A DNA stretch of 64,000 nucleotides, taken from assembly GCA_965223265.1 (NCBI GenBank), contig OZ244999.1, forward strand, positions 1,120,001-1,184,000, read 5' to 3'. Shown piece by piece: positions 40,631 to 50,600 of this stretch. A program made the translations under genes and the position numbers. Under the pieces are notes generated by a model. The model did no database searches and was not told where the DNA came from. It was given only the letters and a program-made list of their open reading frames with translations. The stretch comes from Planctomycetota bacterium (GTDB taxonomy: Bacteria > Planctomycetota > UBA8108 > SXIK01). The first letter of the stretch is position 1, and each line of letters starts with the position of its first letter.

Positions 40631-41823
40631 AGGAACAGAAGCGCAGCGTGCCAGCACAACTGCCGCGGGTCGAGCTTCGGAGAGATTGGGGCATCACCCT
40701 CGGGGTGCTCGTCGGCCTCGGCGCCGTGGCCGTCCTCGTCGGCCTAGCCATCGACCCGCAGCGAGCCGGAGGCAACTTTCTCCTGTCACTATTCTTCCTT
40801 CTCGGTCTAGGCCTCGCCGGGCTCCTGTTTATCGCGCTTGTCGCAATCTCGAGTGGATCCTGGGCCGTCGTCCTGCGTCGCATTCCCGAGGCGATGGCCG
40901 CAACTCTTCCGGTCTGCATGGTCCTGTCGATCGGGCTCTTCGCGCTGATCCCTTTTCTCTACGAATGGAGTCATGCCGAAGCGGTGGCAAGTGACGAGCT
41001 CCTTGCACACAAGAGCGCGTGGCTAAACACTACGTCCTTCATCGTCCGGACACTCATCTGCAGTGCACTGTGGTTGCTGTTCGCTCATCTCTTGGTCGGA
41101 CGATCGCGCCGACGGGATATCGAATCGAGCGCGAGCGAGGGAGGTGTGAGCATCGGCCTACCTGCGCTCTTTGTTGTGCTGTTTGCGATCACCTTTTCAG
41201 TGGTCAGCTTCGATTGGGTCATGTCGCTCGAGCCTCACTGGTTCAGCACGATCTTTGCCGTCTACAACTTCGCGGGGCTGTTTCTCAGCGGTCTTGCCGC
41301 GATCACATTGCTCGTCATTGTGCTGCGGAGGCTGGGGCCGCTGCGGGATCTTGTCACTGTGGACCATCTGCACGATCTCGCCAAACTCTTATTGGGGTTC
41401 AGCGTCTTCTGGGCATACATCTGGTTCAGCCAGTTCATGCTGATCTGGTACGGTAACATTCCCGAGGAGAGTTCCTATTTCCACTTGCGACAACGAGGGA
41501 GTTGGGAGGTCCTCTTCGTCCTCAACATCTTCGTCAACTGGATCATTCCGTTCCTGGTCCTTCTGCCGAGGACGTCGAAACGCAATGAGACCGTTCTCCT
41601 CAACGTCTGTCTCCTCCTCATCGCTGGGCGATGGCTGGACCTCTACTTGATGGTCCTGCCACCGCTGGTAGGCGATGAACCGAAATTCGGCTTCTACGAG
41701 GCGCTGCCTTTCGCTGGAGCGGTCGCGCTCTTTCTTCTGGTCGCCTTCCGTTCGCTTGGGAAGTTCAACATCATCCCGGTGAGGGATCCTCTGTTGGAGG
41801 AGAGCTTGCACCACCACCAGTGA
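40627..41823 (+). CDS. actF: Alternative complex III ActF (membrane subunit)
   Basis: W..VLRR..EA, LYEW, K.AWLN, DWVMSLEPHWFST, HLHDLAK, FWAYIWFSQFMLIWYGNIPEE. Confidence 0.93.
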   Translation: MKEQKRSVPAQLPRVELRRDWGITLGVLVGLGAVAVLVGLAIDPQRAGGNFLLSLFFLLGLGLAGLLFIALVAISSGSWAVVLRRIPEAMAATLPVCMVLSIGLFALIPFLYEWSHAEAVASDELLAHKSAWLNTTSFIVRTLICSALWLLFAHLLVGRSRRRDIESSASEGGVSIGLPALFVVLFAITFSVVSFDWVMSLEPHWFSTIFAVYNFAGLFLSGLAAITLLVIVLRRLGPLRDLVTVDHLHDLAKLLLGFSVFWAYIWFSQFMLIWYGNIPEESSYFHLRQRGSWEVLFVLNIFVNWIIPFLVLLPRTSKRNETVLLNVCLLLIAGRWLDLYLMVLPPLVGDEPKFGFYEALPFAGAVALFLLVAFRSLGKFNIIPVRDPLLEESLHHHQ

Positions 41824-42144
41824 CGTTCCGTCCGATCGAGAAGAGCCAAGAGATCGTTGGCGCGCTGCCGTTCGAGAAACCGAGTCACTGGAACGGGCGC
41901 CTCCAACCATACGACACTTGTCTCGTGCAAGCGAAGGAAGGTGTGCCACTGCGGCCGAGCCGCGCATACCGCAGTATGCGGACACAACTCTCTGGGGCGA
42001 CCACAGTTGCGCTATCGCCTTGCGAAGCACCGCCGCTCCGAGTACGCACCAGCACGCCGAGGCCTCGGATTCGGCGGCCATTCTCATTTCCACAAGGCAA
42101 TTCGTCGCAATGCGTTACAACCTGACATGCTTTGCGAGTCCGAG

Positions 42145-42160
42145 CGGCACGGCGTTTCCT
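42145..42160 (+). promoter_or_regulatory. Possible second sigma54 promoter (CGGCACGGCGTTTCCT)
   Basis: Strong -24 box GGCACG and TTT before the -12 position, but -12 reads CC rather than GC; ~55 bp before the second narK. Confidence 0.35.
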
Positions 42161-42214
42161 TGAGAGACTGCGGGCGGACGAGTATGCAAAGGAACGCCGG
42201 CGCGGAGGACATCG

Positions 42215-43996
42215 ATGGAAGTCCGTAACAAGGCAACGAGTATTGATCTGTTCACGTTGAGGACGCCCCAAATGCGGGCGTTCCATATGAGTTGGTTCGC
42301 CTTCTTCCTTTGCTTCTTCGCGTGGTTTGGCATCGCGCCCTTGATGGCGGTCGTGAGGGAAGAGCTGGCTCTCACGAAGCAGCAGATCGGCAATACGATC
42401 ATCGCGTCCGTGGCGATCACGATTTTGGCGCGTCTGCTCATCGGCTGGCTTTGTGACCGCGTTGGTCCGCGGCTCAGCTACACTCTTCTGCTCGTCTTCG
42501 GGTCGCTGCCCGTCATGGGCATCGGCCTGTCACAAGACTACACGACATTCCTGCTGTTTCGGCTCGGCATCGGCACCATCGGCGCGTCTTTCGTCATCAC
42601 GCAGTATCACACGTCGGTGATGTTCGCCCCGAACGTCGTTGGAACGGCCAATGCGACGTCCGCCGGCTGGGGCAACCTGGGAGGTGGCGTCACGCAGATG
42701 GTGATGCCACTCGTCATGGCAGCGTTCCTCGCGATGGGGCTGAGTGACGCCGCGAGCTGGCGTGCGGCGATGGTTGTCGCGGGAGCGGTCTGCCTCGTGA
42801 CTGGCGTTGGGTACTGGTTCTTTACTACCGACCTGCCAGACGGGAACTTCAAGGAGCTGCGGGCCAAAGGCGAGTTAGCGACCGTCGCGAAGACGAAAGG
42901 CACCTTCTGGTCGGCGGTCAAGGACTACCGAGTCTGGGCCCTCTTCGTCATCTATGCTGCTTGTTTTGGCATCGAGCTCACGATTAACAACATCGCCGCG
43001 ATCTACTACAAGGACTACTTCGGCCTTGGTCTCAAGACTGCTGGGCTCGTCGCCGGACTCTTCGGCCTGATGAACATTTTCGCGCGGACACTCGGTGGGT
43101 ACATCAGCGATCGTTTTGTGCGCAACGGTGGTCTTCGGGGTCGTGTCCGCTGGCTCTTTATTGCCCTTCTCGTTGAGGGGGTTGCGCTCGTGATCTTCTC
43201 GCGGATGACGGTGATTGCCCTAGCCGTTCCGTCCATGATTCTCTTCAGCCTCTTCGTTCAGATGTCGGAGGGCGCCACGTATTCGGTCGTCCCCTTCATC
43301 AACAAGAAAGCCCTTGGTGCGGTGGCCGGCATCGTCGGCGCCGGTGGCAACATGGGTGCCGTCTGCGCCGGGTTCCTCTTTCGGGCGGAGAACATCTCTT
43401 ATCCCCAGGCTCTACTGATCTTGGGGTGCTGCGTCACCGTCTGCGCCTTCTGCACGTTTCTCGTGCGCTTCAGTCCCGCTCAAGAGGAAGTCGCCGCCAA
43501 AGAGTTCGCTCATGCCATGGCGAGGCGCCGAGTCGAACGGAGGGAGCGTGTGCCCCTGGGTGAACTCATACCGGGTATCCGACACATCCGACCGATGGAC
43601 GCTCTGCGGATCTATCTCGGCATCGCTTTGATGATCAAAGGGATCTACTACATCATGAACATGTCGGAGCTCGAGGCTTCGCTGAGTGAAGGACTGGGTC
43701 TCGGGCAGCAGATGATTGCCTGGTCGGTCGTGTTTGCGCACGTCATCGCCGGTGCAAGTCTCGCGCTGGGGTTCGTGACTCGAATGGCTGCCGGGGCGAA
43801 CGCCATCGTCATGGCGGGCGCTGTCGTGGTCAGCCTGACTGGCGCCGAAGGAAGCCTGTGGGGATCGAACCTGAGCTTTCAATTCACGCTGCTCATCCTG
43901 TTCTCGCTGGTGCTGCTGGTCTGGCGAGGGTCCGGACCCTTCTCACTCGATCACCTGCTGCGCATCGACGAGGAGAAGGAGCCGGAAGTCTTCTGA
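42215..43996 (+). CDS. narK: Nitrate transporter (NarK1/NRT2-type MFS) fused to a C-terminal DoxX-like domain
   Basis: MRAFHMSW.AFF.CF..WF, GASFVITQYHTS.MF, GTANATSAGWGNLGGG, ACFGIELT, EGATY.VVPF. From ~43595, LRIYLG...KG...G..TR.AA...GSGPFSLD (DoxX). Confidence 0.9.
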   Translation: MEVRNKATSIDLFTLRTPQMRAFHMSWFAFFLCFFAWFGIAPLMAVVREELALTKQQIGNTIIASVAITILARLLIGWLCDRVGPRLSYTLLLVFGSLPVMGIGLSQDYTTFLLFRLGIGTIGASFVITQYHTSVMFAPNVVGTANATSAGWGNLGGGVTQMVMPLVMAAFLAMGLSDAASWRAAMVVAGAVCLVTGVGYWFFTTDLPDGNFKELRAKGELATVAKTKGTFWSAVKDYRVWALFVIYAACFGIELTINNIAAIYYKDYFGLGLKTAGLVAGLFGLMNIFARTLGGYISDRFVRNGGLRGRVRWLFIALLVEGVALVIFSRMTVIALAVPSMILFSLFVQMSEGATYSVVPFINKKALGAVAGIVGAGGNMGAVCAGFLFRAENISYPQALLILGCCVTVCAFCTFLVRFSPAQEEVAAKEFAHAMARRRVERRERVPLGELIPGIRHIRPMDALRIYLGIALMIKGIYYIMNMSELEASLSEGLGLGQQMIAWSVVFAHVIAGASLALGFVTRMAAGANAIVMAGAVVVSLTGAEGSLWGSNLSFQFTLLILFSLVLLVWRGSGPFSLDHLLRIDEEKEPEVF

Positions 43997-44407
43997 GCAG
44001 TGCGGGACGAGGCGTGGCAGTGGGTACGAAGACCACGTGGAGTACGTCAAGACCGCGTGCCTAATGTCGGACCAGGAGGCCGAGATGAAGAAGGACTTCG
44101 TGGACGACGTCGTGAAGGCATGCCAGTGGTGTTGGGAACCATATCTCTTACGACGGTCGTTTGATTGTATCCGTACGACTCTCACGACGGTCGGCTCTTC
44201 CCGTGCACGTCGTTGACCGCCAGGATCTCGGTAGGAGGTCACCACCAATCCGAAAAGAACCTGAGGACGCAACCCGTGCACGGCCGTCGTTCTGGGGCTT
44301 GCCGTCCGGACGTTCGCGTACCAGACGCCCGGTGCCAGAGTTGACGTCCTTGCGTCCAATCATTAAAGACCGTGCCCGAATCGACTGTGCCGCCAAACCG
44401 CCCTGTC

Positions 44408-46831
44408 CTACCGACAACTGTCCTGCGGCGTCTCGCACCCAAGACTTTCGTCGGAGTCGAGCGCGCTCTGGCCACACAGCGGAAACGGCGCGACGGGCGG
44501 TGGCCCAGCCGCGAAATTGTGCATGAGCATGTACACCGCGTCGTGCGTCTGCCCTTCGACTCGTCCGTCGCCGTTGGCGTCACAGGCCGCGAGGCACGGG
44601 GGGCTTTGGCCGCCGGAAAAGTTGTAGCGCAGCAGAAAGATAGCGTCGGTCACGGCGCCTGTAGCCACGCCGTCGCCGTTGCAATCGCCACGCAGCAAGA
44701 GGGGAACACGACGCAGCCGAAAGATCACACCTCCATCGCGGGGGCCCGAGGACACCGTCGTGCCATAGAAGCTTCCGTCGGAAGCTTCCATGAGCGCGGC
44801 AGCGGGATTGCTCCCGTCCGGTCCGCTGAAGGAGTGGAGAGTCGTCAGCTCGCCTGCTGCTGTCAGCTGAAAGGCGGTGCCGCGGGAGCTGGCGCCGCCC
44901 TCCATGGTGGTGCCGTAGAGGTTTCCGTCGGAGGCTTCGACGAGCGCGGCAGCGGGATTGCTCCCGTCCGGTCCGCTGAAGGAGTGGAGAGTCGTCAGCT
45001 CGCCCGACGGCGTCAACCTGAACACGGTGCCCGGACCGTTTGCACCGCCGAAGCGAGTCGTGCCGTAGAAGTTCCCGTCGGAAGCCTCGATGAGCGCGGC
45101 CTCAGGCCTTCTTCCGTCAGGCCCCTGGAAGGAGTGGAGAGTCGTCAGCTCGCCCGACGGCGTCAACCTGAAGACGGTTCCCGGGCCGTTTGCGCCGCCG
45201 TGCGTGGTCGTGCCGTAGAAGTTCCCGTCTGAAGCCTCAACCAAGCCCTCGGGAAACATCCCGTTCGGTCCGCTGAAGGAGTGGAGAGTCGTCAGCTCGC
45301 CTGCCGGTGTGAGCTTAAAGACCGTGCCCCGGCCGGCTTCGCCGCCGTGCGTGGTCGTGCCGTAGAAGTTTCCGTCTGAAGCCTCAACCAAGCCCCCGGG
45401 AAACATCCCGTCCGGTCCGCTGAAGGAGTGGAGAGTCGCGAGCTCGCCCGACGGCGTCAACCTGAAGACGGTGCCCGGGCCGCTTGCGCCGCCGAAGCGA
45501 GTCGTGCCGTAGAAGTTCCCGTCGGAAGCCTCGATGAGCGCGGTCTCGGGCCTTCTTCCGTCAGGCCCCTGGAAGGAGTGGAGAGTCGTCAGCTCGCCCG
45601 ACGGCGTCAACCTGAAGACGGTTCCCGGGCCGTTTGCGCCGCCGAAGCGAGTCGTGCCGTAGAAGTTCCCGTCGGAAGCTTCGACGAGCGCCGCTCTGGG
45701 CTCGCTTCCTTTAGGTCCGTCGAAAAAGTGGAGCGTCGTTAGCTCGCCCGCTGGCGTCAGCTTGAAAACGGTCCCTGGGCGGTCTGCAAGGAGTCCCGAA
45801 GTCGTGCCGTAGAAATTTCCGTCGGAAGCCTCGATGAGCGTGGCCTCGGGCCCGCTTCCGTCAGGTCCCCCGAAGGAGTGGAGGGTCGTCACCTTTCCTG
45901 ACGGTGTCAGTTTGAAGGCGGTTCCCAGGTTGGCTGTACCGCCTCTCCAGTTCGTGCCGTAGAAGTTCCCGTCGGAGGCTTCGATGAGGGCGGCCCGAGG
46001 AGAACTCCCTCCAGGTCCCCGGAAATCGTGAAACGTTGTGAGCCTTCCCGCCGGCGTGAGCTTGAAAACGATGCCGCAGCAGTCCTCTTCGTCGGCTGTG
46101 CCGTAGAGGTTTCCATCCGAGGCTTCGATGAGTGCGGCTCGGGGGGCCATCCCCCTGAAGGAGTGGAGAGTCGTGAGCTCGCCCGCCGGTGTGAGCTTGA
46201 AGACGGTTCCCCGGCTGATTTCTCCCTCGCTGTCACTGGTTGTGCCGTAGAAGTTTCCGTCCGAAGCTTCAATGAGCGCGGCTTCAGGAAACTCTCCGTC
46301 AGGTCCGCTGAAGGAGTGGAGGGTGGTGAGGTCTCCCGCTGGAGTGAGTTTGTACACAGTTCCCAGCTCGAATGCTCCGCCTCTCGCGGTTGTGCCGTAG
46401 AAGTTTCCGTCTGAAGCTTCGATGAGCGCGGCGCGCGGTATGGCGCCGTCGAGTCCTTCGAAGGCGTGGAGAGTCGTCAACTCCCCCGCCCGCGTCAGTT
46501 TGAAGACAGTGCCCGAGGTCGTGCCGTAGAAATTTCCGTCGGAAGCTTCTACGAGAGCGGCCAGGGCGCCCCCTCCATCAGCCGAGCTGAAGGAGTGGAG
46601 CGTTGTCAGTTCGCCCGCTGGCGTGAGTTTGAACACGGTGCTAGGGGCGCCACCTGTTCGTCGCGAGGTCGTGCCGTAGAAGTTTCCATCGGAAGCCTCG
46701 ATGAGTGAGCTCGGCTGACCCGGGAGCGGTTCAAAACCGTGCAGGACTTCGGAGGCCAGTTCTCCGCGGGCGCTGCGGATGAACGCCACGACCACGAAAG
46801 TTAGCACGACCGTTTGTTTCAGATTGTTCAT
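44408..46831 (-). CDS. Secreted GloVer-type tandem-repeat beta-propeller protein with a C-terminal dockerin-like domain
   Basis: Signal peptide; 14 copies of L.EASDGNFYGTT...GTVFKLTP.GELTTLHSF; C-terminal RGDCNGDG...DA..LL..F.GG..PPC..ACDANGDG. Confidence 0.9.
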   Translation of the reverse strand: MNNLKQTVVLTFVVVAFIRSARGELASEVLHGFEPLPGQPSSLIEASDGNFYGTTSRRTGGAPSTVFKLTPAGELTTLHSFSSADGGGALAALVEASDGNFYGTTSGTVFKLTRAGELTTLHAFEGLDGAIPRAALIEASDGNFYGTTARGGAFELGTVYKLTPAGDLTTLHSFSGPDGEFPEAALIEASDGNFYGTTSDSEGEISRGTVFKLTPAGELTTLHSFRGMAPRAALIEASDGNLYGTADEEDCCGIVFKLTPAGRLTTFHDFRGPGGSSPRAALIEASDGNFYGTNWRGGTANLGTAFKLTPSGKVTTLHSFGGPDGSGPEATLIEASDGNFYGTTSGLLADRPGTVFKLTPAGELTTLHFFDGPKGSEPRAALVEASDGNFYGTTRFGGANGPGTVFRLTPSGELTTLHSFQGPDGRRPETALIEASDGNFYGTTRFGGASGPGTVFRLTPSGELATLHSFSGPDGMFPGGLVEASDGNFYGTTTHGGEAGRGTVFKLTPAGELTTLHSFSGPNGMFPEGLVEASDGNFYGTTTHGGANGPGTVFRLTPSGELTTLHSFQGPDGRRPEAALIEASDGNFYGTTRFGGANGPGTVFRLTPSGELTTLHSFSGPDGSNPAAALVEASDGNLYGTTMEGGASSRGTAFQLTAAGELTTLHSFSGPDGSNPAAALMEASDGSFYGTTVSSGPRDGGVIFRLRRVPLLLRGDCNGDGVATGAVTDAIFLLRYNFSGGQSPPCLAACDANGDGRVEGQTHDAVYMLMHNFAAGPPPVAPFPLCGQSALDSDESLGCETPQDSCR
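44740..46720 (-). repeat. Intragenic ~150-bp tandem repeat array (14 units)
   Basis: For example, 45051-45200 vs 45495-45644 differ at 2 positions; 44791-44855 is repeated at 44941-45005. Confidence 0.9.
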
Positions 46832-47005
46832 GCCGCCATCATCCCTTTGTCAAAACCATTTGCTGGAAGCACGCGAAGGTGACGTCCCGCCTCTCATCAT
46901 GCATCCCGTACGTACAGACTCTCTGTCCGTGAAGAAAAGACCAGAATCTCGTGGAACGTTCGGCCGTTCTCTACGGATGATGGATGGGAGGCACGCCTCG
47001 GACCT

Positions 47006-47659
47006 ATGGCTGCGGATTCCGCCAACATGGACGACAGCGAAACGAAAGAGATGGTTAGGCTCGGAGCCCAAGGGGACGAGCGTGCCTTGGACGACCTCTT
47101 CTCGCGTCATCGCGACAGGCTCCGCCGTATGTTGCGCGTGCGTCTTGACCCCCGGGTGCGCGTTCGCATCGACGTCTCCGACGTCATCCAGGAGGTCTAC
47201 CTGGAGGCGTCACGACGTCTCCCTAAGTACAACGACAGTCCCACGGTGCCGTTTTTCGTGTGGCTGCGCTCCATCGTCGGACAGAAGTTGGTCGACCTAC
47301 ACCGCTTCCACTTAGGTGCGAAAGCGAGGGATGCGCGCCGTGAAGTGAGGTTCCGCCGGTGGCCCATGCCGGCGGCGACTTCTGCCGTTCTTGCTGCCGA
47401 GCTACTCGGCGTTCTTTCGACCCCGAGCGAGAAGGCGATGCAGGGCGAGCTGGAGAATCGCTTGCGTGAGGCGTTGGAGAGCATGGACGCGAAGTTGCGC
47501 GAGGTACTCGTTCTGCGCCACTTCGAAGGTTTGAGTAACGGCGAGGTTGCCCATGAGCTGGAGGTCCCGGTTTCGACTGCTAGCCAGCGTTACATCCAGG
47601 CGCTGAAGAAGCTGCGTAGTGTGCTGGCCGATATGCCCGGGGGGTTGGAAGCGTTGTGA
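47006..47659 (+). CDS. ECF sigma-70 factor (Planctomycete type, kinase-associated)
   Basis: GD..AL..LF.RHRDRLRRM..VRLD..V..R.D.SDV.QE; WLR; REVLVLRHFE.LSN.E.A..L; RY..ALK.L. Confidence 0.92.
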   Translation: MAADSANMDDSETKEMVRLGAQGDERALDDLFSRHRDRLRRMLRVRLDPRVRVRIDVSDVIQEVYLEASRRLPKYNDSPTVPFFVWLRSIVGQKLVDLHRFHLGAKARDARREVRFRRWPMPAATSAVLAAELLGVLSTPSEKAMQGELENRLREALESMDAKLREVLVLRHFEGLSNGEVAHELEVPVSTASQRYIQALKKLRSVLADMPGGLEAL

Positions 47660-50600
47660 AGAATACGGAGTGGGTGGATCACAGCGAAAGGAATCCCGTC
47701 GAGGAGTTCGCGGAGTCCTTCGTCGCTCGCTATCGCCGTGGCGAGGAGCCGCGCATCTCTGAATACACCGAAAAGTACCCTGAGCACGCGGCGGAGATCC
47801 GTGAGCTCTTTCCCGCGTTGCCTCTCGTCGAGAGACTCGGCGCGCAGGACAACGAGTCGTCTGCGAACGTCTGCGAAGAGGTCGCCACCGCATCGGCGAG
47901 TGCGCAAAAGGCACTGCCGCGCCAACTTGGCGAGTACGTGATCCTTCGCGAGGTGGGCCGCGGCGGGATGGGTGTCGTCTACGAAGCCGAACAAAAATCG
48001 CTCGGGCGGCGTGTGGCACTGAAAGTGCTGCCGTTTCACCGTCTCATGGATGATCGACGCTTGGAACGCTTTCAGCGCGAGGCGCGCGCTGCGGCAGCGC
48101 TGCAGCATCCGAACATCGTCCCGGTCTTCGGTGTCGGCGAAGAGGAAGGCGTCCACTACTACACGATGCAGTTCATCCCGGGGCAGAGCCTCGACGAGGT
48201 GCTGAATGAGCTGAGAGTCCTCCGCAACTCCGACGGTTTTCCAAGTGGGGCGACGGATCAGAGGCGAGGCAACCAAGGGCCGGGACCCAGCACCATTAGC
48301 CTCTTGCACGAATTGTTGATGCCAAGCGAAGAAGGCAGCGACGGAGCCGTCCCGGCCCCGAGCCCTGGCGGCAAGTCGAGATCTTTGTCTTCCAACACTC
48401 TTCTGGAGAGCACCTCGGACGGTAGCGATCTGAAGTACTTTCGCAACGTTGCGACCTTGGGAGTGCACATCGCCGAGGCGCTCGACTACGCCCATGGCGA
48501 GGGAGTGATTCACCGCGACATTAAGCCGTCGAACTTGCTCCTGGAGCCGGCCGGTCAGGTGTGGGTGACTGACTTTGGGCTCGCCAAGTCGGCCGAGAGC
48601 GACGCAGTGACACTCAGCGGCGAGGTCGTCGGCACGCTCGCTTACATGGCGCCGGAGCGCCTCGAAGGTTGGTCGGACCCGCGCAGCGATCTCTACAGCC
48701 TCGGCGTCACGCTCTACGAGCTGCTTACTCTGCGAGCGGCATTTGAGGACAGCGACCGTGGCCGGTTGATGAAGCGAATTAGCGAAGAGGAACCGAAGGC
48801 GCCGCGCCTTCTGGAGCCACGCCTGCCGCGCGACCTGGAGACGGTGGTCCTCAAGGCGATGGAGAAGGAGCCCGCGCGGCGCTACCGCAATATGGAGGAG
48901 CTTGCGGGCGATCTCAATCGCTACTTACGGAGCGAACCGCTGCGGGCGCGGCGTCCGAGCGTCGTCGATCGTCTCACCAAGTGGTCGCGGCGACACCAAC
49001 GAGCGGTGTTGGCGGCCCTCCTCATTTTGGTCCTCGCGTTTGTCGGACTGATCTTCTCGAGCTACCGAATCACGCAGGAACAAACGCTTACGGAGAAGGC
49101 GCTCACGGAGCGCAGCACGGCGCTGACGGAATCGCAGAGACAAGCCTATGTCGCCAACGTTTCGCGGGCGGGAATGCACTTCCACCTCGCCGACCCCTCG
49201 TCAGCGCGTGAAAGTCTCGACAGGTGTCCACCAGAGCTCCGCGGCTGGGAGTGGCGCCACCTCGACGCACGGACAAAGGCCAACTTCAACCTCTTGCACA
49301 CGATCAACATTGGTCACCGTCGCATCCGCGAGCCAAACTTCTCCGCGAGGGGAAATCGCCTCGTGGCGTTGATCGACGACGTGGTGAAGGTTTGGGACGT
49401 CCAGAGCGGCGAGCTTCTCTTATCGCTCGACGACCACAAGCAGAGGGCGACGCAGCTCGCGTTCAGTCCCGAAGGCTCACGGTTTGTTAGCTGGACGCGA
49501 GAAAAACTACGGCTCTGGCGCATTGAGGACGGCGATCTGCTCGCGAACGCAACCAGTCGACTCCATTCCTGGAACAACTTGCCACTCCGTTACAGTCCGA
49601 ACGGCGAACTCGTCGCGATGGGCGGCCCGGGAGGTGAGATTCAGCTCTGGCGCCCGGAGAGCGGACAGGACGTTACGACCTTCATCGAGCGTCGCCCGAC
49701 TCAGGGCGAGTTGCATTGGAGTTTTACCTTCACTCCTGACAGCCGGCGCCTGGTGATCGCGTTCGGCTGGGATGATGGGAAGTCGCTCAACGAGCTAACC
49801 ATAACCGGACTCACTGTGGAGGTCTGGGAGGTCGAAACGAGGAAGCGTCTCTCGACCCTCACTATCCCACGTGGATTTATCAAGAAGATCGCGTTCGACA
49901 GCGACGCACGCCGCGTTGCCGTTGTCGGAGACCAGAGCATCCAGGTGTGGGCTGCAAGGACGGGGACACTCCTTGCGCAGTGGCGTTACGCGCACCGGGT
50001 GACGTCCCTCGCGTTCAGTCCAGACGGTCGACTGCTCTCGGGGGCTTGCGTCGATCGGAAGGTGCCGCTCTGGAACTCGCGATCGGGCGAACTTCTGGCG
50101 ACTCTCAGCGGGCACGTGAGACTGTCTCGGACTGTGGCGTTTCATCCCAATGAACCGCTACTGGTCAGTGGCTCCGACGATGGTGCCCTGAAGCTGTGGG
50201 ACATCGAGTACGCCGACGTCGTGCCGGCGCTGCGCGGCCACCAAGGGAGGGTGGACTCGGTCACGTTCAGCCCGGACGGACTTCTCCTGGCGAGCTGTGA
50301 CCACAGTGGCGTCGTCAGAATCTGGGATGCGCAGACGGGCGATCCAGTGCAGTCCTGTCGCGGCCACGTAGGTGTTGTCCGGTCGGTCGCGTTCAGTCCC
50401 GACGGCACCATCCTGGCCAGCGGCGGTGGCGACACAACAGTGAGGCTCTGGCAGCCTCAGACTGGGGAGCTACTCGCGACGCTTCGGGGGCATGACGAAA
50501 CCGTGTGGTCCGTCGTTTTCGATCCGCTTGGTCGCCGCCTGCTCACCTCTTCCGGCGACGAATCGATCCGTCTCTGGGAGGTACCCAGCGGCCAGCCGTT

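Noticed and set aside
43997-44220. Protein-like start-less frame (YEDHVEYVKTACLMSDQEAEMKKDFVDDVVKAC); a similar case at 55771-55949
   Set aside because: No start or RBS and no recognisable family; possibly gene debris but unsupported.
44372-45232. Long antisense or shadow ORFs, here and throughout (e.g. 36268-37401, 26949-28007)
   Set aside because: They lie opposite well-supported genes and are expected in high-GC DNA.
44740-46720. Regular repeats that could look like a CRISPR array
   Set aside because: The ~150-bp period stays in frame inside a protein-coding gene, and there are no unique spacers or cas genes.
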